Of a stretch of 64,000 nt of DNA, positions 31,183-41,097 are shown in pieces (within the stretch, counting starts at the first letter, position 1; the number at the start of each line of letters is the position of its first letter). The stretch is from contig JAZDMS010000040.1 in assembly GCA_043800705.1 (NCBI GenBank), positions 1 to 64,000 of the forward strand, in the 5' to 3' direction. This stretch comes from Candidatus Altiarchaeota archaeon (GTDB taxonomy: Archaea > Altiarchaeota > Altiarchaeia > IMC4 > SCGC-AAA252-I15). Position numbers and translations under genes: made by a program. The notes under the pieces were generated by a model. The model worked only from the letters and a program-made list of their open reading frames with translations. It had not been told where the DNA came from and searched no databases.

Positions 31183-31453
31183 GGCGGACATCCGGAAGTG
31201 GCTTCTTGGATCGACGCGCAGGTGGCTCCGGCGCGGTTCTCGCCCCCGCACCCCCACAAGCACAGTCCACTGAAGTTATGGCTGCTGCCTTCCGGCCCTG
31301 ACCAGATTCCTAAAATAGACCATCCAGTGAGACGAAGGCTCACGGTTCCGCACCGGACCCGCACGGCAACCCAAGACTCGCCTCCCGGCATTCAGCCCCG
31401 CCTAAGACGATTTGCGGCAACAGGCTACGCCTACCAGCCCGGCCTAGTCCACC
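31183..31453 (-). ncRNA. ffs: Signal recognition particle (SRP/7S) RNA
   Basis: 5' GGTGGACTAGGCCGGG Alu domain; helix 1 GGTGGAC/GTCCGCC; long helix 5; helix 8 TGGTCAGGGCCGGAAGGCAGCAGCCA (31279-31304); TTTTAA ~27 nt upstream. Confidence 0.9.
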
Positions 31454-31528
31454 GGTCAATGTATACGCAAAATCAGATTAAAAAACCAACCTCTCTCGCT
31501 CTTATACCTGGAAAATAATTTTTGTATT

Positions 31529-32923
31529 ATGTCCCCCATTATTCGTGTTCTCTTCGGCAAATCGAAAGGAAGATTTTTTCTGTTCATGCTATCCCTGCTG
31601 TCTGCTTTTATCGTTGTCGGCCAAGCGTCAGCCACCGAAGTCATTGTTGTCGGCAGGGAGCCGGCCACCAAGGTCATTCTTGTCGGCGGGGCGTCAGACA
31701 GGGAGCTTAAGGACTGCTGGGATAGCGGATACGCGCCCGAAAGGGTCTCATGCTATGCGAGGTATGCTTTCGAAATGGACGATCCCGGAATATGCGATCA
31801 AAGCCCCTATCATAGGTTTGACCGGGATCCATGTTTTAAGCTCTTAACAACGTCCTTGAAAAACAACACTCCGTGCGCAAGCATGAGGCGCGGGAATTCC
31901 CAAGCATTGTGCTATCGGATCATGTCCGTCTCAGACGACGGCGCACTCGCAGCATCGGTCCTCGGCAATTTCTCGGCCCCTGAAGACTGCGGTGTAGATT
32001 GCATGTCCCGCATCGCCGTTTTGATGCAAATGCCGGAAATCTGCAATACGATGATGTTCAGTCGCGATTCCTGTTTTGCTGAAGTCGCGATTAGGCTAAA
32101 CGATTCTGGCGTGTGCGAAAGGATGCTAGGAAACAGGGGTCGTTGCTATTCCGCGATGGCTATGAGGCTCGGTAACATTTCATTCTGCGACAAGATTGAA
32201 ACGCCTGACCTAAGGCTCGGCTGCCAGATTGAAATGGCTGTGTGGGCCGGTGACGCGTCAATCTGCCCTAAGGTCGCTGGCATTAACGTCTCCCGCGGCG
32301 ACGAATGCTTCATGAAGCTTGCATTGGGGCTGGGGGACGCCTCCTTATGCGGTAACATATCCTTACATCCCGGGGGAAAATTCCTTAAGAATGATGCTAG
32401 CAGGGACAACTGCTTCGAGGAGGTTGCCTTGAGGCTGAGGAACGAATCCGTCTGCAAGAACATCGAAGGCGAGAAAGATTGGTGCATTGCAAGAATAGCA
32501 AAGGACTATGCCATGTGCGAGAATTTAGAGGGCCCATGCCAGGTATACGTCTGCATGTCCCGTTTGGATGGGGTGAAAATATCCAATCCGGCTCCCAGCG
32601 ATTGCGAGATCTATCGCACCCCCCGGGCCATAGTCACCGTAACCTACAACATCAGGATTTTATTACTGGTCATAAGCATATTCGTAGCGGCTCTATATTG
32701 TCTTGCACAAACCGCGAAAGAGTTGATTTCGTCCCGGAAGGCGGATAGAAGACCGGATATCAAAGCCTTGGCAAAGAAAATGATCCTGTTCGTCCTGATT
32801 TTGGCGGCATTAAACATCCTCGCCTATGCCTACGTATCCATCTATCTCGCATATGAGCCTCCGACGACCGCCGCCGCAAAATTCAGCGAAATGAAATTTT
32901 TTATGGAGGGAGGAGCAATTTGA
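31529..32923 (+). CDS. Secreted Cys-repeat surface protein with two C-terminal TM helices
   Basis: Signal peptide; multiple C....A....D.S.C..I repeats. Confidence 0.75.
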   Translation: MSPIIRVLFGKSKGRFFLFMLSLLSAFIVVGQASATEVIVVGREPATKVILVGGASDRELKDCWDSGYAPERVSCYARYAFEMDDPGICDQSPYHRFDRDPCFKLLTTSLKNNTPCASMRRGNSQALCYRIMSVSDDGALAASVLGNFSAPEDCGVDCMSRIAVLMQMPEICNTMMFSRDSCFAEVAIRLNDSGVCERMLGNRGRCYSAMAMRLGNISFCDKIETPDLRLGCQIEMAVWAGDASICPKVAGINVSRGDECFMKLALGLGDASLCGNISLHPGGKFLKNDASRDNCFEEVALRLRNESVCKNIEGEKDWCIARIAKDYAMCENLEGPCQVYVCMSRLDGVKISNPAPSDCEIYRTPRAIVTVTYNIRILLLVISIFVAALYCLAQTAKELISSRKADRRPDIKALAKKMILFVLILAALNILAYAYVSIYLAYEPPTTAAAKFSEMKFFMEGGAI

Positions 32924-32949
32924 CTGATACCACGGACGAGACAAAGCGT

Positions 32950-33021
32950 CCTCCCGGCACTCAGCCCCGCCTAAGACGATTTGCGGCGGCAGGCTGCGCC
33001 TGCCAGCCCGGCCTAGTCCGC
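32950..33021 (-). pseudogene. Alu-domain-only copy of SRP RNA 5' end
   Basis: 72 nt matching 31381-31452 with 6 substitutions. Confidence 0.88.
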
Positions 33022-33041
33022 TCAGAAAATATGCTGGGCTT

Positions 33042-33560
33042 CTATTTCAGGGCTTCGAAGGCTTCCTTCACCCTCGGGCTGTTGGACAGCCTCACTATGG
33101 CCGACTGTCCCTCCATATCCTTCTTGGGATCGTAAGGATCGATGTAGCCGTTCATCAAGCCCTCATCCCCGTTACCGATCATGAACTTGACCAAAAGGGA
33201 CCGGGCCCTCATATACCCTGTTCCGCTCCTTTGCCCCCTTAGCGTATCAAGGGTGGCCGCATCTTCTGAGGTGGCTTTCATCCTTCTGTTTAACTCGTCA
33301 ACCTCATTCCTGGCAGCAAGATATCGCGCCTTATCCTCTGCCGAAACCTCAGGAGCGATGTTCCGATCAAGTATGACGGCCTTCGCCTCCTCGGCCCGCC
33401 CCCCCAAAACAAGGCAAATTGCTTTGACCATCCTGGCCTCGTCACCCCTGAATGCCGGCTTCTGTGCTGACTTCGCATCAGAGGCTTGAAGAAGCTCGTC
33501 AACTTGCGGAATCATCGGGATAACTTTCCGCTCAGGCCCTCTCTGTAATTCTCCCATCAT
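33042..33560 (-). CDS. Hypothetical helical protein
   Basis: 172-aa ORF, no recognised motif. Confidence 0.55.
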   Translation of the reverse strand: MMGELQRGPERKVIPMIPQVDELLQASDAKSAQKPAFRGDEARMVKAICLVLGGRAEEAKAVILDRNIAPEVSAEDKARYLAARNEVDELNRRMKATSEDAATLDTLRGQRSGTGYMRARSLLVKFMIGNGDEGLMNGYIDPYDPKKDMEGQSAIVRLSNSPRVKEAFEALK

Positions 33561-33715
33561 ATTATACTACTAGGCGTACCCTTTTTTAATACGCTGTAGA
33601 GTGGCTGTGTCTCTTACGTTTATTGCTGGAACCAGAGTCTTGCCAGCAGACTTCTGAAGATTCTTCCCTTATGACGTTGGATTTAAAAGGCCCCACACAA
33701 TAGGTTACGGACATC

Positions 33716-34795
33716 ATGGATTCTATCGTTAATGCTGGCATCGAGCACGGCGTCCTGGAGAAGCGTCTCTATGACGAATTCGAGGATGCGGACCACCTCA
33801 GGATCGTCGTCTGCGGCGTCGGCGGCGGGGGGAACAACACAGTCAACCGTCTCAAACGCATCGGCATCGGCGGAGCCGACCTGGTAGCGGTCAACACAGA
33901 CAAGCAGGACCTCCAAAAACTCAACCCGGAAATCACAAAGATACTGATAGGCGCGAAGCTGATGCGGGGCCTCGGCGCAGGCGGATTCCCGGAACTGGGG
34001 GCCAAAGCCGCGGAATCAAGCAAAGCCGAGCTCACGGACGTCCTGGCAGGCACGCACCTCATGTTCGTCGTCGCCGGCATGGGCGGAGGCACAGGGACCG
34101 GAGCGGCTCCGATAATCGCGGAGATAGGGAAGGGCATCGGAGCGATCGTGGTCGCGATAGTCACCTTCCCATTCAAGCTCGAGAGGGCCAGGCTCATAAA
34201 GGCGCGAGAGGGGATCGATGCGCTCAGGAAGGTCGCGGACACCGTCATCGTCGTCGACAACAACAAGCTCGTCGAATACGTCCCGAACCTGCCCTTGGAC
34301 AAGGCGTTCAGCGTCGCAGACGAGATAGTCGCAAGGGCGGTGAAGGGCGTGACCGAGGCGATAATGGAGCCGAGCCTCATAAACATAGACTTCGCAGACC
34401 TCAAATCCATCATGGTAGGCGGGTCCGTGGCGGTCATAAGCGTCGGAGAGGCCGAAGGCGGGCAGGACAAGGTCGAGGCCGCTGTGAGAAACACCCTAGA
34501 GCATCCGCTATTGGACGTCGACTCCCGCGGGGCCACCGGCGCCCTCATACACGTCACCGGCGGCGAGGGGCTCACCCTCGGCGAAGCCAACAAGGTCGGC
34601 GAGCTTCTGACGAAGGAGTTCGACCCGAAGGCAACCGTCATATGGGGCGCGAGGGTGGACCCGAAGATGGGGGAGAAGATAGAGGTCATAGCCATCGTCA
34701 CCGGGGTGCACAGCCCCAACTTGGTCGGCCAGAACGCGACATCGGAATTCAGCACCCCGGAGGAGCCGATAAACTGGGAAGTAAAAGACGGGTGA
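33716..34795 (+). CDS. ftsZ: Cell division protein FtsZ (FtsZ2-like)
   Basis: GVGGGGNN, AVNTD, GMGGGTGTG, PFKLERAR, NIDFAD, HPLLD. Confidence 0.96.
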   Translation: MDSIVNAGIEHGVLEKRLYDEFEDADHLRIVVCGVGGGGNNTVNRLKRIGIGGADLVAVNTDKQDLQKLNPEITKILIGAKLMRGLGAGGFPELGAKAAESSKAELTDVLAGTHLMFVVAGMGGGTGTGAAPIIAEIGKGIGAIVVAIVTFPFKLERARLIKAREGIDALRKVADTVIVVDNNKLVEYVPNLPLDKAFSVADEIVARAVKGVTEAIMEPSLINIDFADLKSIMVGGSVAVISVGEAEGGQDKVEAAVRNTLEHPLLDVDSRGATGALIHVTGGEGLTLGEANKVGELLTKEFDPKATVIWGARVDPKMGEKIEVIAIVTGVHSPNLVGQNATSEFSTPEEPINWEVKDG

Positions 34796-34798
34796 GGG

Positions 34799-36007
34799 TC
34801 AATCCCCCCTCAATAGCCCCATGAGCCTGTACGATTCGACGGCCTTCTTCGGGCTCCTCTTCCTGATCTCCCGCTCCGTGAACGCGCAAGCGCCCACAGA
34901 TTCCTTCGTCGAATCATATATCGCGTAGGGTATCGGCTCCTTAGTGTGCGTCCTGATTTCGATGGGTGTGGCGTGGTCCGGCAAAAGGAGCATCCTGAAG
35001 TCGCAGCCCATCCTGCCGAGGATCTCGCCCACGACATTCCTGTCGATGTCCTCGATGGCCCTGATCTTGTGCTCTATGCTGCCTTCATGGCCCGCCTCGT
35101 CGGTGCTCTCGATATGTACATATGTGAAGTCCACCCTTTTCAGGCTGTCCAAGGCGGCGTCGGCCTTGCCGATATAATTAGTGTCAATATAGCCTGTCGC
35201 TCCTTTGACGTCCAGCACATCCAAGCCGATGGTCTTGCCAATCCCCTTCAAGAGGTCGACGGCGGAGACAAGCGAGCCTTTCATCCCGAATTTCTCCTCA
35301 AAAGACGGAAGGTCGGGCCTGGTACCCGCGCCCCAGAACCAGACGCTGTTGGCGACGTTCTTGCCACGCGCCTTCCTCCCCCCATTCACGGGATGATCCT
35401 CAAGGACGGAAGCCGAATCGACGATGAGCCTGTTCAGGAGCCTTGCAGTCTCCTCACCCCTCTTCGAAGTCGCCTTGACCATGTTCCTTGAAACCAGGCC
35501 TCCGACGATGTCGTGGGGGGGCTTCGTGGAGATCCTATCCGAAGGCCTCAGGCGCTTCCTTATGACAAGGAGGTTCCTGTAGCTGACGCCTGGATAGAAC
35601 TCCAAACCCGCGACCCCAAGCCTCTCCTTCAATGCCTCGATAAGCTCCGAACCCTCCTGCCTGGATATGTGCCCCGCGGTGAAATCCTTGATCCTGCCAT
35701 CCGCTACGGTTATCAGGTTGCACCTGAGCGCCAGGTCCCCGTCCTCCAAGACGACTCCCAAGTTCGCTGCCTCGAGCGGTGATCGGCCTGTGAAGTATTT
35801 TCTCGGATCGTAGCCGAGTATCCCCATGTTCGCGATGCTCGAGTCATACGGCAGCCCGGAATAGAAGGTCTTGGCCATGCCGCATGCGCCGCCCCTGGCG
35901 ACTGCGTCCATGTTCGGGGTCTTTGCAGCCTCAAGGGGCGTCCTGCCGCCAAGCTCCTTCAGGGGCCTGTCTGCCATCCCGTCCGGAACAACGATCACAT
36001 ACTTCAT
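34799..36007 (-). CDS. apgM: Cofactor-independent phosphoglycerate mutase (archaeal ApgM family)
   Basis: DGMADRP, TPLEAA.TPNMD, DEAGHEG, PDHATP..RTH. Confidence 0.9.
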   Translation of the reverse strand: MKYVIVVPDGMADRPLKELGGRTPLEAAKTPNMDAVARGGACGMAKTFYSGLPYDSSIANMGILGYDPRKYFTGRSPLEAANLGVVLEDGDLALRCNLITVADGRIKDFTAGHISRQEGSELIEALKERLGVAGLEFYPGVSYRNLLVIRKRLRPSDRISTKPPHDIVGGLVSRNMVKATSKRGEETARLLNRLIVDSASVLEDHPVNGGRKARGKNVANSVWFWGAGTRPDLPSFEEKFGMKGSLVSAVDLLKGIGKTIGLDVLDVKGATGYIDTNYIGKADAALDSLKRVDFTYVHIESTDEAGHEGSIEHKIRAIEDIDRNVVGEILGRMGCDFRMLLLPDHATPIEIRTHTKEPIPYAIYDSTKESVGACAFTEREIRKRSPKKAVESYRLMGLLRGD

Positions 36008-36046
36008 GCATCTGTGTTATTATCCGCTGCGTAAATAAATTATGCC

Positions 36047-36502
36047 ATGGCATTCACGGTCAGAGCCTACGAGCACAGGGACGCAGACGGAATACTGCGG
36101 CTCTACCGGCTCGCAGGCTCATGGTTCGAAGACGTGGAAGTCACCAGAGACTTCATAGTAGCCTCCTCGGAGAGGCCTGATTTCAGGTTTCAGGTCGCGG
36201 AAGACGGGAAAAGCATGGTCGGCTTCATCGGCGCCCTATACTTCAAGGCAGTCGGAAGGGCGGAACTGGGGCCGATCGCGGTCGATGAATCCATACGGTG
36301 CATAGGCGTCGGCTCGGCGCTCGTGGCTTCGATGATGCGGTTCCTTTCGGTGGAGGGGATACGGCGCGTAACCGTCAAGGTCAAGTCCGAAAACAAGGCG
36401 GCTATCGGTTTTTTCATCGGCAAGGGGTTCAGCCATGACGCGTATCTGCGCAGGTATACGCTCAAAGGCGAGGATGTTGTGGAGTTGACCGCATCCCTCT
36501 GA
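36047..36502 (+). CDS. GNAT family N-acetyltransferase
   Basis: AVDE..R..GVGSAL, N..AIGFF...GF. Confidence 0.85.
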   Translation: MAFTVRAYEHRDADGILRLYRLAGSWFEDVEVTRDFIVASSERPDFRFQVAEDGKSMVGFIGALYFKAVGRAELGPIAVDESIRCIGVGSALVASMMRFLSVEGIRRVTVKVKSENKAAIGFFIGKGFSHDAYLRRYTLKGEDVVELTASL

Positions 36503-36611
36503 TTGGGGGAACCACCTGCTCCAGGGTGGTCGTTTATATATTCCCCCGCCTTATAGTCAAATGGGGCGGCTGACTGGTGTCATATCAAAAGCAAAATACG
36601 ACGAAAAGCGG

Positions 36612-38717
36612 ATGATGATGGACAACAAAGCCAAGATAACCCTCCTATTGCTGGCATTTTCGTTCATGTGCCCCCTTGCGGGCGCGGTCGAGATAACCAG
36701 CATCAAAATCTCGGAAGACCCCGTATCCTATCTCGGTAAATTCGACGTCACAGCCCGGCTCAGCGGGTTGTCCGGCACCGAATGCAACCTGATCGCGGAA
36801 TTCTACGTCGACGACTTCCGCTTCGACACCCTCAACATCCCCTGCGGCGCAAACGAGATAGAGGGCAGATTCGACCTCTCAGCCGATGACTGGGTTGCGA
36901 AGAACGTCCAATGCGGCGTACGCCAGGCGAGGGTCGAGCTCCACAGGCCCATCGGAAACGCCCTAGTCACCAATAAAACCGTCGAAATAAACATCGGTAA
37001 CGTCCCCAACGTCGAATTGAACCCCTCCCAACCAACCGCTGAGAAGGAGGTCCGGGTCATTCTGACAGACAAGGATACAGGAGACCCCCTCCAAGGCGTC
37101 GACGTCAGGGTCAAGGACATCTATGGCGGGGAAGACATATCACGTAGGACTATACAGGACGGCTCGTTCATGTTCACCCCCAAGGTCGCAGGCGAATATC
37201 ACCTGACCATGTCCAACCGGCTTATCTGCGGCGAAATGGTCATATACGCGAAGCGGCCGCTCATGATAGACGGCCCAAGGCCGGATAATCCAGTCATCAA
37301 CGAGATGGTCATGGTGGCTGTCCCATCCGGCGCCAGCGTCGGCGTCAAGATACTCGACGCCAAAGGGAATCTGTTCAGGATAGTTCCAGTAACATTCAAC
37401 GGCGGCGCCAACTTCTCGATCAGCCAGCCCGGGACATACACCCTAGTAGTAGGCGACCAGAGCACAAAATACTGGCCCCTAAACCGGACATTCGTCGTCT
37501 CAGACCGCCTCATCCCGGAGGTGAAGATCGCACCCGAACAGCCGGTCGTCGGAAAAACCGCCACCATAACCGTGACCTCGAGGGGTGAACCGCTGTCCGG
37601 AGCCGTCGTGACCGTGAAGCGCCCCGACGGGGTCGACAGGGACTATACCACGTCCGACTACGGAACCATCAACTACGAAAACGTCCCCTCCACCGGGACC
37701 TACCCCATGAAGGTCACGAAGGACAGGTTCGGAGTAGGCTCCGCCTCCTTCGAGGCGAAACATGCATTAAACGTCAAATTCGAACCCCTGAGCCCGACAG
37801 TCAAAGACACCATAACGATCATAGTCAATGACCAGAACGACAAGCCAGTCAGCGACGTCCTCGTGGAGATACCCGACACCGGATTCAAACGCATCACTGA
37901 CATGGCAGGCAAGGTCAGCTTCAACCTCCAGGAGGCGAGGGAATACCGGATAAAGCTGACGAAGGACCTCTTCTGGGACTATACGGCTCAGCTGACCCCG
38001 TACGGGCTGCTCACCTTCGGGCAGTGCCTGAGCGAATTCGAACTCGGCAACAGCGTCGAGCTCAAGGTCTTCGACACCTTCAACAATCCCGCGTCCGCAG
38101 AATTGACCGTCCGAGACCCGGACGGCATAATCAAACCATACAGCGGCTCCAGCCAAACACTGACGCCCGACAAACCCGGCCAATACCTGGTCACAGCCAG
38201 CAAGACGAACTACATAAACTCGAACCTCACCTTCACCGTGACCCCCCACCCGCTCGATATAAACACTACTATGGCAAAGGGGCAGCTCACCGTACAGGTA
38301 AAGAGCAAAGGCCAGCCGGTGTCTCAGATGGCAGTGTCCGTGATAAAGGGGCAGGAGACATTCAACGGCACCACGAACGAGGCGGGAGCCGCGGTATTCA
38401 GCATAAACCGCGAAGGAAACGTCTCCATCACGGCGAACCTGGGAAAATTAAACCGGAACTATGGGGAACTAACCGTGCGGCAGATCATCGTCAGGTCATA
38501 CGACCTCATACTGCTGACCACACCCCTCATCATCATATTCGCGATAACCCTCATGACCATCATCGCCATACAGCTCGGCCGCATGTACCTCGGCAGCGAA
38601 TGGAAGATGCCCTCTTTCGGCTCAGGCGGCGTCGGATCGCACAAGGGCCGGACGAAACACGATTCCACCCTCCTTGGCGACAAGAAGCCCCACAAGTCCC
38701 GGCTCTCGAAGATGTGA
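36612..38717 (+). CDS. Surface protein with repeated Ig-like/carboxypeptidase-regulatory-like domains and C-terminal TM
   Basis: Signal peptide; repeated P..GA.V.V...T...G...F...G.Y...A.K units; TM + basic tail. Confidence 0.8.
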   Translation: MMMDNKAKITLLLLAFSFMCPLAGAVEITSIKISEDPVSYLGKFDVTARLSGLSGTECNLIAEFYVDDFRFDTLNIPCGANEIEGRFDLSADDWVAKNVQCGVRQARVELHRPIGNALVTNKTVEINIGNVPNVELNPSQPTAEKEVRVILTDKDTGDPLQGVDVRVKDIYGGEDISRRTIQDGSFMFTPKVAGEYHLTMSNRLICGEMVIYAKRPLMIDGPRPDNPVINEMVMVAVPSGASVGVKILDAKGNLFRIVPVTFNGGANFSISQPGTYTLVVGDQSTKYWPLNRTFVVSDRLIPEVKIAPEQPVVGKTATITVTSRGEPLSGAVVTVKRPDGVDRDYTTSDYGTINYENVPSTGTYPMKVTKDRFGVGSASFEAKHALNVKFEPLSPTVKDTITIIVNDQNDKPVSDVLVEIPDTGFKRITDMAGKVSFNLQEAREYRIKLTKDLFWDYTAQLTPYGLLTFGQCLSEFELGNSVELKVFDTFNNPASAELTVRDPDGIIKPYSGSSQTLTPDKPGQYLVTASKTNYINSNLTFTVTPHPLDINTTMAKGQLTVQVKSKGQPVSQMAVSVIKGQETFNGTTNEAGAAVFSINREGNVSITANLGKLNRNYGELTVRQIIVRSYDLILLTTPLIIIFAITLMTIIAIQLGRMYLGSEWKMPSFGSGGVGSHKGRTKHDSTLLGDKKPHKSRLSKM

Positions 38718-38781
38718 TGTTTTTTAAGGCCCATAATCAATATATATCGGGGAACGGTTGGCTAAAGTAGGTGTTCCCAAT

Positions 38782-40938
38782 ATGAAGTACAGCATGGATT
38801 ATTCAAGGATTTTATCAGCCATATTTTTTGTTGCCGTCCTCTTGACCGCCATACCCCCGGCTAGCGCAGCCACCGGCATAGACGACATGGAAGTCAGCGT
38901 GCCCAATTCGATTGACACAGGCGGTAACTTCGACGTCTTCGTCAAATTCACGGCCGCAGACGACGAGAACAACGCCGACGTCGACGTCGGAATAACAGTC
39001 GACGGAGTCCTCGTGCATCAGAAGGTCAGGTCCATCGACCTTGTCGACGGGCGCAGCTACAACTTCACAATCAACTCGAACGACTTCGAGCTGGAAGAGG
39101 ACGACCTCGGCAGGGTCTGGTCCGAGAACCTCATGAACTACAGATGCGGTGACAACCTGGATGTCGAAGTGACCCTCTCCGGAGACATTGAAGACACGGT
39201 CGAATCAGACAAAATCGACATCAACGGCGACGACGGAGAATTGTCAGTGTCCCTCGACCCAGAGCTGCCAGCAATCGACGAGAAGTTCATCGTGGCGGTC
39301 ATAGACGAGGACGACGACGAACTGAACGGCGCATCCGTCAAACTTACCTGGACGGACTACAACAGCGGGATAGACGACGCCACATGGGACGTCGACGACA
39401 AATCCAAGATCAAGACGACGGACTCCGACGGAGAGGCCGACTTCAAGATATCGAATGACATGGGCAAGAGCGCATACGGCAACTACCAGATAGACGTCAC
39501 AAAGGCCGACTACTGCAAAGAGACCCTGACTATGTCGGTCCTCAACGGCCTCAACATGAGCGGCCCGACGCCGGCCAACCCGAAGGCGGGCGAGCAGTTC
39601 AGGGTCAACGTCACCTCCCTCTCGGGGAAGGCTGCAATAGGCCTCATCGTGACCCTCACGCCAGGAAACGTGAAGAGCCAGGTCCTTCAGGACGGGACAG
39701 CCCCGTTCACGATAGCATCGCCCGGGTCATACACGCTCATAGTCGGCGGCGGAACCACCGGGTATGACGAGGTGATGAAGACCGTCCAGGTCTCGACGAA
39801 GTCACAGCTGACGATCGACTTCTCCTCCGCGATGCCGCCTGTCGGCAAGGAGATGACCCTAACGGTCACGGCAAATGACGCCCCCGTTGAAGGCGCGACG
39901 GTCAAGGTCACTCCGCAGGGCGGCACCGAGCAGACCGTGGGGACGACCTCAAAGGACGGCACCGTAAAATACACCCCCGCCACATCTGTAAGCTACACGG
40001 TGAAGGCCTCAAAGACCACATACGACGAGGCTACCGACACGTTCACCTCAAAGGGGACCTTCCAGATAGAGCTCCCCCCGGCATCCGACCTCAAGAAGGG
40101 CAGCCAGGTGACGGTGACAGTCAAGGACGCATCAGGCAACCCCGTCCCGGCAGCCACGGTCTACGCAGGCCCAGGGATCACAGGACCCACGGACACGTCC
40201 GGCAAATACACGTTCACGCTGCCTGACGTCGGAACATACACGATCTCCGTCACAAAGGCCGGATACTCGGACGGAACGGCGACCCTCAGCACCACCGGCC
40301 AGCTGTCCGTCAAAGTCGACAAGAAGGAGATAGCCCTCGGAGACTCGGTAAAGATAACCGTCATGAATTCTAACGGGCAGCCTGTCGAATCATCCCTGGA
40401 TATAACCGGCCCGTCCGTAGGCGACACGAAAACCGCATCGGAATACTCCTACACCCCGACCAAAGCCGGAGACTACCAGGTGCGGGCGTCCAAGGCCAGC
40501 TACGGCTCATCATCCGACACCTTCAAGGTATTGTCCAAGACGGTCACAGTGACCTACATGTTCCAGGAGGACAAACTATACGTCAACGTGACAAGCGGCG
40601 GCAGGCCCCAACAGGGCGTACCCCTGACTGTCACCCTAGGTAACGCATCACTGAAGGCGTCGACTGACTCCACAGGCATGGCGAGCGTGCCGGCGAACGA
40701 GACAGGCGAATACGTTATCGCAGTCGCAGGCCCCGACTATACGGGAGCCCCGGTGACGGCGCTGAAATCAACGACGGCGATAATCTCCGATCTGTGGGTG
40801 CCAGTCCTCATAGTGCTGGTCGTACTCGTGCTGATCGGCATATTCGCAGTCGTCGCAATCAGCCTGATGCAGCGGCGCGGAGGCGGCTCGAAGCCCACAT
40901 TCAAACGCCGCTCCGACGGGACCCACCTGGGACGTTAG
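38782..40938 (+). CDS. Surface protein with repeated Ig-like domains and C-terminal TM, paralogous architecture
   Basis: Signal peptide; acidic N domain; PV.GATV, GTYTISVTKAGY repeats; TM + QRRGG tail. Confidence 0.8.
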   Translation: MKYSMDYSRILSAIFFVAVLLTAIPPASAATGIDDMEVSVPNSIDTGGNFDVFVKFTAADDENNADVDVGITVDGVLVHQKVRSIDLVDGRSYNFTINSNDFELEEDDLGRVWSENLMNYRCGDNLDVEVTLSGDIEDTVESDKIDINGDDGELSVSLDPELPAIDEKFIVAVIDEDDDELNGASVKLTWTDYNSGIDDATWDVDDKSKIKTTDSDGEADFKISNDMGKSAYGNYQIDVTKADYCKETLTMSVLNGLNMSGPTPANPKAGEQFRVNVTSLSGKAAIGLIVTLTPGNVKSQVLQDGTAPFTIASPGSYTLIVGGGTTGYDEVMKTVQVSTKSQLTIDFSSAMPPVGKEMTLTVTANDAPVEGATVKVTPQGGTEQTVGTTSKDGTVKYTPATSVSYTVKASKTTYDEATDTFTSKGTFQIELPPASDLKKGSQVTVTVKDASGNPVPAATVYAGPGITGPTDTSGKYTFTLPDVGTYTISVTKAGYSDGTATLSTTGQLSVKVDKKEIALGDSVKITVMNSNGQPVESSLDITGPSVGDTKTASEYSYTPTKAGDYQVRASKASYGSSSDTFKVLSKTVTVTYMFQEDKLYVNVTSGGRPQQGVPLTVTLGNASLKASTDSTGMASVPANETGEYVIAVAGPDYTGAPVTALKSTTAIISDLWVPVLIVLVVLVLIGIFAVVAISLMQRRGGGSKPTFKRRSDGTHLGR

Positions 40939-41037
40939 CGGTCTTCGGTTCTCGGTTCTCGGTTTTCCGTCAAGACTGAAAACTGAGAACTGAAAACTGA
41001 AAACTGAAAACTGCAGACAGGAAACCGCAGACCGTGG
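40939..41037. repeat. Inverted heptamer-repeat element
   Basis: (CGGTYYT)x4-CCGTCAAG-(ACTGAAA-like)x9. Confidence 0.85.
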
Positions 41038-41097
41038 GCTGAAGGCCGTGGACCTCCTATTTTAAGCCTTATTCTCCTATTCTTTCTGGATACCATC

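Noticed and set aside
31381-33135. REP-type repeat or shared small ORFs (PPG.QPRLRRFAA.G) at 31381 and 32950
   Set aside because: Explained as the reverse complement of the SRP RNA Alu domain and its partial copy.
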